Below are positions 18,304 to 29,231 of a DNA stretch of 64,000 nucleotides, one piece after another (within the stretch, counting starts at the first letter, position 1; every line of letters begins with the position of its first letter). The translations under genes were made by a program, and so were the position numbers. Under the pieces are notes generated by a model. It had not been told where the DNA came from and searched no databases. It worked only from the letters and a program-made list of their open reading frames with translations. Origin of the DNA: Chloroflexota bacterium (GTDB lineage Bacteria; Chloroflexota; Dormibacteria; DASZGP01); the NCBI GenBank assembly GCA_034666405.1, contig JAXDLW010000040.1, forward strand, positions 6,285-70,284. Reading direction: 5' to 3'.

Positions 18304-19473
18304 ATGCGGTTGGCCAAGCGCATGGACCAGTTGGGGACGGAGTCCGCGTTCGAGGTCCTGGCCCGGGCCAAGCGCCTCGAGGCCGACGGCCGCAGCATCG
18401 TCCACCTCGAGATCGGGGAGCCCGACTTCGCCACCCCACCGCACATCATCGCGGCGGCGGAAGCCGCGATCGAGGATGGCTACACCCACTACACCCCGGC
18501 AGGAGGCATCCCCGAGGTCCGCGAGGGCGTCGCCGCGCACTACAGCGAGCGGCTGGGCATCGAGACCGTGGGTAACGAGGTGATCCTCACCCCCGGCTCG
18601 AAGAACATCCTGATGTTCGCGATGATGGCCCTGGTCGAGGCCGGCGACGAGGTGATCCTGCCCGACCCCGGCTACCCGATATACGCCTCGCTGGTCAGCT
18701 TCATGGGCGCCCGCCCCGTGGGGGTTCCGCTGCGCGAGGAGAAGGACTTCCGGTTCGATGTCGAGGAGTTCAAGTCCCTCGTCACGGATCGCACCCGGAT
18801 GGTCATCCTCAACTCCCCCCAGAACCCCACCGGCGGGATTCTCACGCAGGAGGACCTCCTGGAGGTCGCCAGGATCGCGGTCGAACGCGACATCTGGGTG
18901 GTGTCCGACGAGATCTACTCGCAGATCGCCTACGAGGGACAGGTGCCCTCGATCGCGGCGCTCCCCGGCATGAAGGAGAGGACGATCCTGATGGACGGGC
19001 TCTCCAAGGCCTATGCGATGTGCGGCTGGCGGCTGGGCATCGGGGTGGCGCCCGCCGAGCTGATCAAGCACATGGAGACGCTGATGATCAACAGCAGCTC
19101 CTGCGCCACGGCCTTCATCCAGGTCGCCACCCTGACGGCGCTGGACAGCCCAGACTCGGACGCTGCGGTGAAGCGCATGGTCGACGTTTACCGCGTCCGC
19201 CGCGACGTGCTGGTGGATGGCCTCAACGAGATCCCCGGCATCCGCTGCCACCGACCCGGCGGCGCTTTCTACGTCTTCCCCAACGTGACCGCCACAGGGT
19301 GGGACCACAAGGAGCTCGCGGACGCGCTCCTGGCCAAAGCCGGGGTCGCGGTGTTGCCGGGGACGGCGTTCGGACCGATGGGCAAGGGGTACATCCGGCT
19401 GAGCTATGCGCAATCCGAGGACAACCTGCGGGAGGGCCTTCGCCGGATCGGCGAGTTCCTGGCCTCCGAGTAG
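18304..19473 (+). CDS. class I/II PLP-dependent aminotransferase (aspartate/aromatic aminotransferase family)
   Basis: ATG at 18304 gives 390 aa. PLP-lysine region LDGLSKAYAMCGWRLG. The long track ORF from 17779 overlaps the sensor gene in antisense and is rejected as the start. Confidence 0.85.
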   Translation: MRLAKRMDQLGTESAFEVLARAKRLEADGRSIVHLEIGEPDFATPPHIIAAAEAAIEDGYTHYTPAGGIPEVREGVAAHYSERLGIETVGNEVILTPGSKNILMFAMMALVEAGDEVILPDPGYPIYASLVSFMGARPVGVPLREEKDFRFDVEEFKSLVTDRTRMVILNSPQNPTGGILTQEDLLEVARIAVERDIWVVSDEIYSQIAYEGQVPSIAALPGMKERTILMDGLSKAYAMCGWRLGIGVAPAELIKHMETLMINSSSCATAFIQVATLTALDSPDSDAAVKRMVDVYRVRRDVLVDGLNEIPGIRCHRPGGAFYVFPNVTATGWDHKELADALLAKAGVAVLPGTAFGPMGKGYIRLSYAQSEDNLREGLRRIGEFLASE

Positions 19474-19476
19474 GGG

Positions 19477-21002
<1,526 letters not shown>

Positions 21003-21006
<4 letters not shown>

Positions 21007-21602
21007 CCCGCCGGCTGCTGGTCGTCGACAACTACGACTCGTTCACATACAACCTGGTCCAGTACCTGGGTGAGCTGGGCGAGGTCCCCGAGGTCGTCCG
21101 CAACGACGCCCTGACCCTGTCGCAGGTCGCCGCGATGTCCCCGCTGGGGGTGGTCATCTCGCCCGGCCCGTGCACCCCTGGAGAGGCCGGGATCAGCACC
21201 GACCTGGTCCGCGAGCTGGGCCCGGAGCTACCGGTCCTGGGGGTCTGCCTGGGGCACCAGTGCATCGGGGAGGCGTATGGCGCCAGCATCGTGCGGGCGC
21301 CGGTGGTGATGCACGGCAAGCTCTCCTCGATCCACCACGACGGCAGGGGGGTGTTTGCCGGGATGGGCGATCCCTTCACCGCGACGCGCTACCACTCGCT
21401 GGTCATCGACCCCGCGACGGTGCCGGATTCGCTGGAGGTCACCGCCCGGACCGACGACGGCGTGATCATGGGCGTCCGCCACCGCGAGCACCCGGTCGAG
21501 GGGGTGCAGTTCCACCCGGAGTCGATCCTGACCCAGGACGGCCACCGGCTCCTGGGCAATTTTGTTGACGCCTGCCGGGCCCGGGCGGCGGTCCCGGCCT
21601 GA
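21003..21602 (+). CDS. trpG: anthranilate synthase component II (glutamine amidotransferase)
   Basis: 199 aa. GVCLGHQ catalytic Cys and the HPES motif. Overlaps the trpE stop. Confidence 0.9.
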
Positions 21603-22396
21603 TGGCCGCTGACATCCTCGATGCCATCGTGTCGCGGGTCCGCAAGGGCCTGGCGGGACCCTCGGGTGACCCTGGGAAGCTGCACGACCAGGCCATGGAG
21701 CGTCCCCGCCTGGATTTCCGCGCGGCCATCGAGGGCGGCCCCCGGCCGGCGCTGATCGCCGAGTGCAAGCGACGCTCCCCGTCGAAGGGGATGCTGCGGG
21801 AGAACTACTCGGTGACGGAACTGGTGAAGGCCTACGAGGCGGCCGGGGTGAGCGCGATCTCAGTTCTCACGAACGCGGACTTCGACGGCACCCTCGCGCA
21901 CCTCGCCGAGGCATCGGCGGCCGTGGGTCGGACCCCACTCCTGCGCAAGGACTTCATCATCGATGAGCGCCAGCTCCTGGAGGCCGCGGCCTACGGCGCC
22001 GACTGCGTCCTGCTGATCGCGCGGATCCTGCCCGGCGACCAGCTCAACAACCTCGCCGAGGCGGCGCGGGCGCTCCGGCTCCAGACCCTCATCGAGGTCT
22101 ACGAGGAGGGTGAGCTGGACACTGCGCTGGCCGCCCAACCCGACCTGCTGGGGGTCAACTCGCGGGACCTCGCCACTTTCACCGCCGACAACTCCAAGCT
22201 GGCGCAGATGGCCGGGCGGCTCCCGCCGGGGATGCCACTGGTCGCCGAGAGCGGGGTGTCGACCCGCGACGGCATGATGGCGGCGTCGGCCGCCGGGGCC
22301 CGGGCGGTGCTGGTGGGGGAGGCGCTGGTCACCGCCGCCGACCCGGCGTCGAGGGCGCGAGAGCTGCTCGGTGCCATGGCCGGGGATGCCCGGTGA
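21602..22396 (+). CDS. trpC: indole-3-glycerol phosphate synthase
   Basis: 264 aa. IAECKRRSPSKG and LIEVY... motifs. Confidence 0.9.
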   Translation: MAADILDAIVSRVRKGLAGPSGDPGKLHDQAMERPRLDFRAAIEGGPRPALIAECKRRSPSKGMLRENYSVTELVKAYEAAGVSAISVLTNADFDGTLAHLAEASAAVGRTPLLRKDFIIDERQLLEAAAYGADCVLLIARILPGDQLNNLAEAARALRLQTLIEVYEEGELDTALAAQPDLLGVNSRDLATFTADNSKLAQMAGRLPPGMPLVAESGVSTRDGMMAASAAGARAVLVGEALVTAADPASRARELLGAMAGDAR

Positions 22397-23025
22397 GGGT
22401 CAAGGTCTGCGGCAACACCGCCATCGAGACCGCGATGGCAGCCGTCGAGGCAGGCGCCGACATGGTCGGGTTCATCATGGCGCCCGGGACGCCGCGGACG
22501 GTCACGGTGGAGCAGGCCCGGGAGATCGTGCGGCGGCTGCCGGCGACCGTCGACACGGTCGGGGTCTTCGTCGATCGTCCGGTGGCCGAGGTCGCGCAGG
22601 TCGCCGCGGAGGCGGGCTTCACCGTGGTGCAGCTGCACGGGCGGGAAACGTGGGCGGAGTTCGCCGAACTGCCGTATCCCACGATCAAGGCCCTCCGCCT
22701 CGAGGATGCCTCGACAGCCGCGTCGATCGACTGGCCCCCGATGGGCCTGGTCCTGGCGGACACCCACGCCGCCGGGATGCTGGGTGGCACCGGGCAGACC
22801 TTTCCGTGGCAATGGGTGGCCGACCTCGCGATGAGGCACCGCCTGGTGGTCAGCGGCGGCCTCTCGTCCGAGAATGTCGGCGCCGCGGTGGTGGCCATTC
22901 AACCCTGGGGCGTTGACGCCTCCAGCCGGCTCGAGTCGAGCCCGGGAGTCAAGGACGCCGACCTGGTTCGGGCGTTCGTGGCCGCCGCCCGGCGCGCCGA
23001 GGAGGAGGTGATGGCGGTTGCCTGA
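22393..23025 (+). CDS. trpF: phosphoribosylanthranilate isomerase
   Basis: 210 aa. VKVCGNT...LSGGL PRAI pattern. GTG start overlapping the trpC stop. Confidence 0.88.
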   Translation: MRVKVCGNTAIETAMAAVEAGADMVGFIMAPGTPRTVTVEQAREIVRRLPATVDTVGVFVDRPVAEVAQVAAEAGFTVVQLHGRETWAEFAELPYPTIKALRLEDASTAASIDWPPMGLVLADTHAAGMLGGTGQTFPWQWVADLAMRHRLVVSGGLSSENVGAAVVAIQPWGVDASSRLESSPGVKDADLVRAFVAAARRAEEEVMAVA

Positions 23026-24187
23026 AGCCGCTCCGCGCGCCGGACGCTTCGGCGCTTTCGGCGGCCAGTACGTGCCGGAGACGCTGATGCCCGCGCTCCA
23101 GGAACTCGAGGCCGCGCTCGCGGCAGCGAACGCTGACCCCGCGTTCGACGCCGAGCTCCAGCTGCTCAACCGCGATTTCGGCGGCAGGCCGACACCCCTG
23201 TACCACGCGGAGCGGCTGTCCGAGCTGGTGGGCCACGAGGTCTGGCTGAAGCGGGAGGACCTGCTGCACACCGGCGCGCACAAGCTGAACAACGCCCTGG
23301 GCCAGATCCTCCTCGCGCGGCGGATGGGCAAGACGCGGATCATCGCCGAGACCGGGGCCGGCCAGCACGGCGTCGCCACGGCCACCGTCTGCGCCCGGTT
23401 CGGCATGGCCTGCCTCGTCTACATGGGCGTCGAGGACATGCGCCGGCAGGCCCTGAACGTCTACAAGATGAAGCTCCTCGGCGCCGACGTCCAGGCGGTG
23501 GAGTCGGGCTCGATGACCCTCAAGGACGCCACCAACGAGGCGATCCGCGACTGGGTCACCAACGTGCGGGACACCCACTACATCATCGGTTCGGCCGTGG
23601 GTCCGCACCCCTACCCGGACATGGTGCGCGATTTCCAGGCGGTGATCGGGTCCGAGGCCCGGGAGCAGTACCTGGAGCGCAACGGCAGCCTGCCCGCGAC
23701 GGTGTTGGCCTGCGTCGGCGGGGGGTCGAATGCCATCGGCATGTTCCACGCGTTCATCCCGGACAAGGATGTGAAGTTGATCGGCCTTGAGGCCGCCGGG
23801 GCCGGGATCCTCACCGGCAGGCACGCCGCGTCGATCGGCGGCGGCCGCCCGGGCGTCCTCCATGGCTCCTTCAGCTATCTCCTCCAGGACGAGGACGGCC
23901 AGGTCATCGAGACCCACTCCATCTCCGCCGGCCTGGACTACCCCGGCGTGGGACCCGAGCACAGCCAGCTCCACGACTCCGGCCGCGTCAGCTACGAGGC
24001 GATCACCGACGCCGAGGCCCTCGACGCCTTCCACAGCACCTGCCGCCTGGAGGGCATCATCCCCGCGCTCGAGAGCTCCCACGCGATCGCCCGGGTCCTC
24101 AAGGGCGGTGTCGACGGGCCCGCCCTCATCTGCCTCAGTGGCCGCGGCGACAAGGACATCGACACCGTCCGCGGCAGCGCGGGGTAG
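23018..24187 (+). CDS. trpB: tryptophan synthase beta chain
   Basis: 389 aa. [25 protein letters not shown] (PLP Lys), [11 protein letters not shown] start overlapping the trpF end. Confidence 0.92.
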   Translation: MPEAAPRAGRFGAFGGQYVPETLMPALQELEAALAAANADPAFDAELQLLNRDFGGRPTPLYHAERLSELVGHEVWLKREDLLHTGAHKLNNALGQILLARRMGKTRIIAETGAGQHGVATATVCARFGMACLVYMGVEDMRRQALNVYKMKLLGADVQAVESGSMTLKDATNEAIRDWVTNVRDTHYIIGSAVGPHPYPDMVRDFQAVIGSEAREQYLERNGSLPATVLACVGGGSNAIGMFHAFIPDKDVKLIGLEAAGAGILTGRHAASIGGGRPGVLHGSFSYLLQDEDGQVIETHSISAGLDYPGVGPEHSQLHDSGRVSYEAITDAEALDAFHSTCRLEGIIPALESSHAIARVLKGGVDGPALICLSGRGDKDIDTVRGSAG

Positions 24188-24190
24188 AGC

Positions 24191-24985
24191 GTGGTGAGCC
24201 GCCTGGGTCCGATGTTCGAGCGCCTGCGCGCCGAGTCACGCCTGGGGCTGTCGATGTTCGTGACCGCCGGCTACCCGCACCTCGACGACACCCCGGCGAT
24301 CATCGAAGCCCTGGTTGACGCGGGCACGGACTTCATCGAGCTGGGGATCCCGTTCTCCGACCCGCTGGCCGAGGGCCCGACCATCCAGCGCAGCTCGCAG
24401 CGGGCGCTGCAGAACGGCGTCAGCGTCCGGCACTGCATGGAGGTGGCGCAAAAGACGCGGGCCCTTGTGGACGTCCCGCTGGTGTTCATGGGGTACATCA
24501 ACCCGCTGCTGGCCTACGGCCTCGAGCGTTTCTGCACCGACGCCGTGGCCGCCGGGGTCGACGGGCTGATCCTGCCGGACCTCTCCATGGAGGAGGCGGA
24601 GACGATCCACCAGGCATGCCGGACGGCGGGCCTCGACTTGATACTCTTCATCGCCCCAACGAGCACAGAGGAGCGGATGAGGACGGTGGCCAGGCTGGCC
24701 ACGGGATTCATCTACTGCATCTCGGTGACGGGGGTGACCGGAAGCCGGGACAGCCTGGCGGAAGAGGTGGACGCGATGCTCGAACGCATCCGGGCGCTCA
24801 CCGACACGCCGCTGGCCCTGGGGTTCGGCATCTCCAAACCGGAACACCTGCAGCGGCTGCGGGGCAAGGTGGACGCGGCCATCGTCGGCAGCGCCCTGGT
24901 GGACCACATAACCGAGGAGGACCCGGCCGGCAGCGCCGCCGCCTTCGTCAGACAGTTAAAAGGAGGTGCGGCGGTTGGCGGTTAG
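24191..24985 (+). CDS. trpA: tryptophan synthase alpha chain
   Basis: 264 aa (GTG at 24191; alternative ATG at 24218). FVTAGYP, LGIPFSDPLAEGP, GFGIS motifs. Confidence 0.9.
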   Translation: MVSRLGPMFERLRAESRLGLSMFVTAGYPHLDDTPAIIEALVDAGTDFIELGIPFSDPLAEGPTIQRSSQRALQNGVSVRHCMEVAQKTRALVDVPLVFMGYINPLLAYGLERFCTDAVAAGVDGLILPDLSMEEAETIHQACRTAGLDLILFIAPTSTEERMRTVARLATGFIYCISVTGVTGSRDSLAEEVDAMLERIRALTDTPLALGFGISKPEHLQRLRGKVDAAIVGSALVDHITEEDPAGSAAAFVRQLKGGAAVGG

Positions 24986-25388
24986 AGGAATCCGAGGTGC
25001 GACCACCGTCGACTCCGACTCGGCTGACGAGGTCATCGGCGTGACCCGGGAGCTGATCGTCCAGCTGATCGAGGCCAACGACATACACCCGGAGGACATC
25101 GCCGGGGCCTGGTTCACGACCACCCGGGACGTCAACTCGGAGTTCCCGGCCATCGCGGCCCGTCAGCTGGGCTGGACGGACGTCCCGCTGCTCTGCGGAC
25201 ACGAGATGGAAGTGGGGTCGCAGAACCCCCGCAGCATTCCCAGGTGCATCCGCGTCCTGCTGATGCTCAACACGGACAAGCCGGCGTCGGCAATGCGGTT
25301 CATCTACCTCCGGGGTGCCGCGGCGATCAAGCAGGACCTCGATGAGCTGCGCCGGGGCGCGTCCCGGGTCGAGGGGGTGCCGTCGTGA
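24966..25388 (+). CDS. aroH: chorismate mutase, AroH (monofunctional B. subtilis) class
   Basis: 140 aa. Near-identical pattern to AroH: RGIRGATTV....E.I...T.EL...........I....F..T.D. Alternative TTG start at 24975 with an AGGAGG SD. Overlaps the trpA end. Confidence 0.85.
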   Translation: MRRLAVRGIRGATTVDSDSADEVIGVTRELIVQLIEANDIHPEDIAGAWFTTTRDVNSEFPAIAARQLGWTDVPLLCGHEMEVGSQNPRSIPRCIRVLLMLNTDKPASAMRFIYLRGAAAIKQDLDELRRGASRVEGVPS

Positions 25389-26401
25389 TCATCGTCATGC
25401 AGCATGACGCCACCCCGGAGCAGGTGGAGCGGGTCGTGCACCAGATCGAGAACCTGAACTTCAAGGCGCACCTGTCGGAGGGTGAGACCGCCACGATCAT
25501 CGGCGTCGTCGGGCCCAATGCCATCGAGGCCAAGGACTCCTTCGTTCACATGGCCGGGGTGTCGCAGATCATCCCGATCACCAAGCCGTTCAAGCTCTCC
25601 GGCCGCGAATGGCACCCCCAGGACTCCATCTACAAGGTGGGCGGTGTCCAGGTCGGCGGCGACAGCCTCTTCGTGATGGCCGGTCCGTGTGCGGTCGAGT
25701 CACGCGAGCAGCTGCTGTCCACGGCGCGGGCCGTCAAGGAGTCGGGCGCCCACTTCCTGCGCGGCGGCGCCTTCAAACCCCGGACCTCGCCCTACACCTT
25801 CCAGGGGATGGGCCAGCACGGCCTCGAGCTCCTCGAGGAGGCGCGGGCCGAGACCGGGTTGCCGGTGGTCACCGAGGTCATGGCCGCCACCGACGTCGCC
25901 GCGGTGGTCGAATCCGCGGACGTGCTCCAGATCGGCGCCCGCAACATGCAGAACTACAACCTGCTGTTCGAGGTGGGCCAGACGCGCAAGCCGGTTCTGC
26001 TGAAGCGGGGGCTGAGCGCGACCATCGAGGAGTGGCTGCTCGCGGCCGAGTACATCCTGAGTCGCGGCAACTACCAGGTGATCCTCTGCGAGCGCGGCAT
26101 CCGCACCTTCGAGACGATCACCCGGAACACGCTCGACCTCAACGCCGTACCGGTGCTGCGCGAGCTGTCCCACCTGCCCATCGTGGTCGACCCGAGCCAT
26201 GGCACCGGCAAATGGAGCTGGGTGCAGGCGATGGCGTGCGCCGGGGTCGCGGCGGGCGCGGACGGGCTGATGATCGAGGTCCACCCCAACCCGGCGGAGG
26301 CCTACTCGGATGGTCCGCAGTCCCTCAAGTTCGAGAACTTCGCCAAGCTGATGGTCGCGGTCCGCAGCGTGGCGGTCGCGGTGGGGCGCAGCCTGGACTG
26401 A
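25385..26401 (+). CDS. 3-deoxy-7-phosphoheptulonate (DAHP) synthase, class I-beta, with N-terminal ferredoxin-like regulatory domain
   Basis: 338 aa. Roughly 80-aa N-terminal FL domain followed by the KDO8PS/DAHPS-Ibeta barrel ([26 protein letters not shown]). GTGA overlap with aroH. Confidence 0.88.
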   Translation: MIIVMQHDATPEQVERVVHQIENLNFKAHLSEGETATIIGVVGPNAIEAKDSFVHMAGVSQIIPITKPFKLSGREWHPQDSIYKVGGVQVGGDSLFVMAGPCAVESREQLLSTARAVKESGAHFLRGGAFKPRTSPYTFQGMGQHGLELLEEARAETGLPVVTEVMAATDVAAVVESADVLQIGARNMQNYNLLFEVGQTRKPVLLKRGLSATIEEWLLAAEYILSRGNYQVILCERGIRTFETITRNTLDLNAVPVLRELSHLPIVVDPSHGTGKWSWVQAMACAGVAAGADGLMIEVHPNPAEAYSDGPQSLKFENFAKLMVAVRSVAVAVGRSLD

Positions 26402-26432
26402 CCCGCCCTCGGCCTCATCGGATAATCCCCGG

Positions 26433-27317
26433 GTGAGGCGCGTGGCGATCGTGGGTCTGGGGCTGATCGGGGGCTCGATCGGGCTCGCGCTGAAGCAGCA
26501 CCGACCGGACATCGAGGTCCTCGGGGTCGCCCGGCGGGAGGCGACGGCCGCGAAGGCGCTGGAGCTCGGCGCCGCCGACCGGGCGGCGATCGACATCGAG
26601 CTCGTAGCGGAGGCCGACCTCGTCATCCTGGCCTGCCCCCTCGGGGAGACCAGGGCTCTGTTGGGCCGGGTTGCTCCACTGCTCGCGCCCGGGGCCCGCG
26701 TGACCGACGTCGGCTCGGTCAAGGGCGAGGTCGTAAAGGCTGCCGCCGATGTCCTGAGGGCGGACACGGACGGCCGCCGCGGCAATCCCTTCCTGGGCGG
26801 GCACCCCATGGCAGGGAAGGAGGTCTCGGGGATCGAGCATGCCGATGCCGCGCTCTTCACGGGCCGGCCGTGGGTATTCACACCGCCCGGCAGCTACGAG
26901 CCGGGGGAATGGCAGGACCTCGTGCAGCTGGTTCGCGACATTGGAGCCCTGCCCGTCTTCCTGCCGCCGGAGAAGCACGATCGCTACGTCGCCCTCGTGA
27001 GCCACGTCCCGTTCCTGCTCAGCGCAGCCTTCCTGCTGGCTGTCGGTGGTGAGGCGGACTGGAGCGATGCTGCCGCGCTGGCCTCCTCCGGTTTCCGCGA
27101 CATCAGCCGCCTGGGAGCGGGGGATTCGGACATGTACGCCGCGATCGCGAGTTCCAACCGGGAGCAGATCCTCGCCGCCTGGAGGTCGCTCCACGCGGCC
27201 CTCGACCAGCTCGAGGGGGCCATTGTCAACGGCGACGACGCGGCGCTGCTCGACCTGCTGGCAGGAGCGCGCGAGGTGCGGGATGCCTGGGCGCGCGAGC
27301 ACCCTCAGCTGAGCTGA
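26433..27317 (+). CDS. tyrA: prephenate dehydrogenase
   Basis: 294 aa. Rossmann N-terminus VAIVGLGLIGGSIGLAL, GGHPMAG motif. Confidence 0.88.
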   Translation: MRRVAIVGLGLIGGSIGLALKQHRPDIEVLGVARREATAAKALELGAADRAAIDIELVAEADLVILACPLGETRALLGRVAPLLAPGARVTDVGSVKGEVVKAAADVLRADTDGRRGNPFLGGHPMAGKEVSGIEHADAALFTGRPWVFTPPGSYEPGEWQDLVQLVRDIGALPVFLPPEKHDRYVALVSHVPFLLSAAFLLAVGGEADWSDAAALASSGFRDISRLGAGDSDMYAAIASSNREQILAAWRSLHAALDQLEGAIVNGDDAALLDLLAGAREVRDAWAREHPQLS

Positions 27318-27318
27318 C

Positions 27319-28608
27319 GTGGGCGAGTCCCTAACCCTGCGCAGGGCCCCGTCGGTCCGCGGCGAGGTGACGGTCCCGGGGGACAAGTCCATCTCCCACC
27401 GCGCGCTCCTGCTCGCCGCCCTGGCGACGGGGACCTCGACGATCCGAGGGCGCGCGGTCGGCGAGGACCAGGAGTCGATGGTTCGCTGCCTGGTGCAGAT
27501 GGGGGTGCAGATCGAGGATCGCGAGACCGGGACCATGGTGACCGGTGTCGGGCTGCGCGGTCTACGGCCCCCCAGCTCGGACCTGGATTGCGGGAATTCC
27601 GGGGCCACGATGCGCTTCCTGGCCGGCGCGATCGCCGCCACCCCGGGGGTGCGCGCCCGGCTGATCGGTGACGAATCCCTTTCCCGGCGTCCCATGGCCC
27701 GGGTCGCCACCCCGCTGGTCGCACTTGGCGGACTCGTCGCGACCGCGCCAGGCGGGACGGCGCCGCTGACGATCGCCGGAGAGCACCTCTTCGGAGGGGC
27801 GATTACCCTGGACGTCCCCAGCGCCCAGGTGAAGACCGCCGTGCTGCTGGCCGCGCTGCAGGCTGTCGGGGTGAGCGCCGTGACCGAGGCGGCCCCCACG
27901 CGCGACCACACCGAGCGGTTGTTGGTGAGCCTCGGGGTCGACGTCCAGGTCGGCGCGGCGATCACCCTGCTGCCTCCACGGCAGCTCGATGCCTTCGAGC
28001 TCGACGTTCCCGGGGACCCGTCTTCGGCGGCATTCTGGGCCGTGCTGGCGGCATGCCACCCGGACGCCGACCTGGCGATCCGTGGCGTGTGTCTCAACCC
28101 CACCCGCACCGGCTTCCTCGAGGTTCTCTCGCGCATGGGGGCGGACATCGGGGTGGAGAACCCCAAGCCCCAGGGCGGCGAGCTGGTCGGTGACCTGGTG
28201 ATCCGCTCGGCGCCCCTGCGGGCGACGGAGGTGAGCGCCGCGGAGGTCCCCGCGCTGGTGGACGAGGTCCCCGTGCTGGCACTCGCCGCAGCCGTCGCCG
28301 CGGGGCGGTCCCGCTTCCGCGGACTGGGCGAGCTGCGCCACAAGGAGGTGGACCGCCTCGAGGCGATCGCCTCCCAGCTCGGCCGCCTGGGGGTTGCGGT
28401 TTCGATCGACGGTGACGACCTCCTCGTCGAGGGCCCAACCGCACTGCGCGGCGCCGCCGTTTTGTCGCTGGGGGACCACCGCATGGCGATGACCCTCGCG
28501 GTCGCCGCCATGCTCGCCGAGGGGGACACGCGCATCGACGACCCGGGGGCCGCGGCGGTCTCCTATCCCTCGTTCTTCACCGAGCTGAACCGCCTGGCCG
28601 GCTCCTGA
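27319..28608 (+). CDS. aroA: 3-phosphoshikimate 1-carboxyvinyltransferase (EPSP synthase)
   Basis: 429 aa. PGDKSISHRALLLAALA, LDCGNSGATMRFL and the RMAM region. Confidence 0.92.
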   Translation: MGESLTLRRAPSVRGEVTVPGDKSISHRALLLAALATGTSTIRGRAVGEDQESMVRCLVQMGVQIEDRETGTMVTGVGLRGLRPPSSDLDCGNSGATMRFLAGAIAATPGVRARLIGDESLSRRPMARVATPLVALGGLVATAPGGTAPLTIAGEHLFGGAITLDVPSAQVKTAVLLAALQAVGVSAVTEAAPTRDHTERLLVSLGVDVQVGAAITLLPPRQLDAFELDVPGDPSSAAFWAVLAACHPDADLAIRGVCLNPTRTGFLEVLSRMGADIGVENPKPQGGELVGDLVIRSAPLRATEVSAAEVPALVDEVPVLALAAAVAAGRSRFRGLGELRHKEVDRLEAIASQLGRLGVAVSIDGDDLLVEGPTALRGAAVLSLGDHRMAMTLAVAAMLAEGDTRIDDPGAAAVSYPSFFTELNRLAGS

Positions 28609-28645
28609 GACGATGTAAACACTGGGTTAAGAGTTGTGCAGCGAA

Positions 28646-28675
28646 TTGACACCCTGCGTCAGACGCGAATACAAT
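28646..28675 (+). promoter_or_regulatory. sigma-70-type promoter: TTGACA -35, 18-nt spacer, TACAAT -10
   Basis: Perfect -35 hexamer and a 5/6 -10 hexamer. Lies in the 400-nt non-coding gap after aroA, immediately upstream of the T-box leader. Confidence 0.55.
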
Positions 28676-28681
28676 CCGAAC

Positions 28682-28970
28682 TCACAACCAAATAGAGCGA
28701 TGACGGGGAGTAGTAGGAAGCCCCTGGGCTTCAGCGAGCCGGGACAGGTGTGAGCCGGCAGCCTCAAGGAACTTCTGAACTCGCCCCCGAGCAGCCGAAC
28801 GAAACCCGCAACCCGCGGGAGGTAGCACCGGCCGAAGTGGTCCTCGATATCGGACCAAGGAGTGCAAGCTCTGAAGTGGTCGGCTCGTCGAGCCGGCAAT
28901 GCGGGTGGTACCGCGGGATTTCCCCTAGAAGTCTCGTCCCAGCGTCTGGGATGGGGCTTTTTGTTTTTCC
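28682..28970 (+). promoter_or_regulatory. T-box riboswitch leader (tRNA-sensing transcription attenuator) of the ilv-leu operon
   Basis: Canonical T-box motif AAUGCGGGUGGUACCGCGGG at 28898-28917 (consensus AAnnnGGGUGGnACCGCG). Upstream structured region roughly 200 nt long with AGAGCGAUGA/GGAAC-type elements. Downstream GC-rich hairpin and UUUUUGUUUUU tract overlap the 3' half of the T-box. Confidence 0.8.
28922..28968 (+). terminator. intrinsic terminator of the T-box leader (stem including CCCAG-CGU-CUGGG / GGGGC, then UUUUUGUUUUU)
   Basis: GC-rich hairpin directly followed by two U-runs. Mutually exclusive with the T-box antiterminator. Confidence 0.65.
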
Positions 28971-29035
28971 GCCGGGTGGCCCCACCGGGATCTGAGCCGT
29001 GGCTCGGCAGGACAACCCCGAGGAGGAGGCCCCAA

Positions 29036-29230
29036 ATGACCGACAAGCAGAAGGAACAACTCAAGCTCCAGGCCCGCATGTGGGACATGGGTCACGCGCC
29101 CAAGGAGCGGGTGGTGAACCGTGTCTTCAACAAGGTCGAGAGCGACGACAAGCCGCCGACCGACGAGAAGCTGCACGAGATGCTCGCCGACGAGAACACG
29201 CGGGAAGACATCCAGGACCTGTACGGCTGA
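29036..29230 (+). CDS. hypothetical 64-aa charged protein between the T-box leader and ilvB
   Basis: ATG 6 nt after AGGAGGAGG (strong SD). MTDKQKEQLKLQARMWDMGHAPKERVVNRVFNKVESDDKPPTDEKLHEMLADENTREDIQDLYG. The stop abuts the ilvB start. Confidence 0.5.
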   Translation: MTDKQKEQLKLQARMWDMGHAPKERVVNRVFNKVESDDKPPTDEKLHEMLADENTREDIQDLYG

Positions 29231-29231
29231 C

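Noticed and set aside
28975-29020. Second hairpin (CCGGGTGG...CCACCGGG) downstream of the T-box terminator
   Set aside because: The arms are not actually complementary when aligned, since G/C positions mismatch. It is probably just GC-rich spacer.
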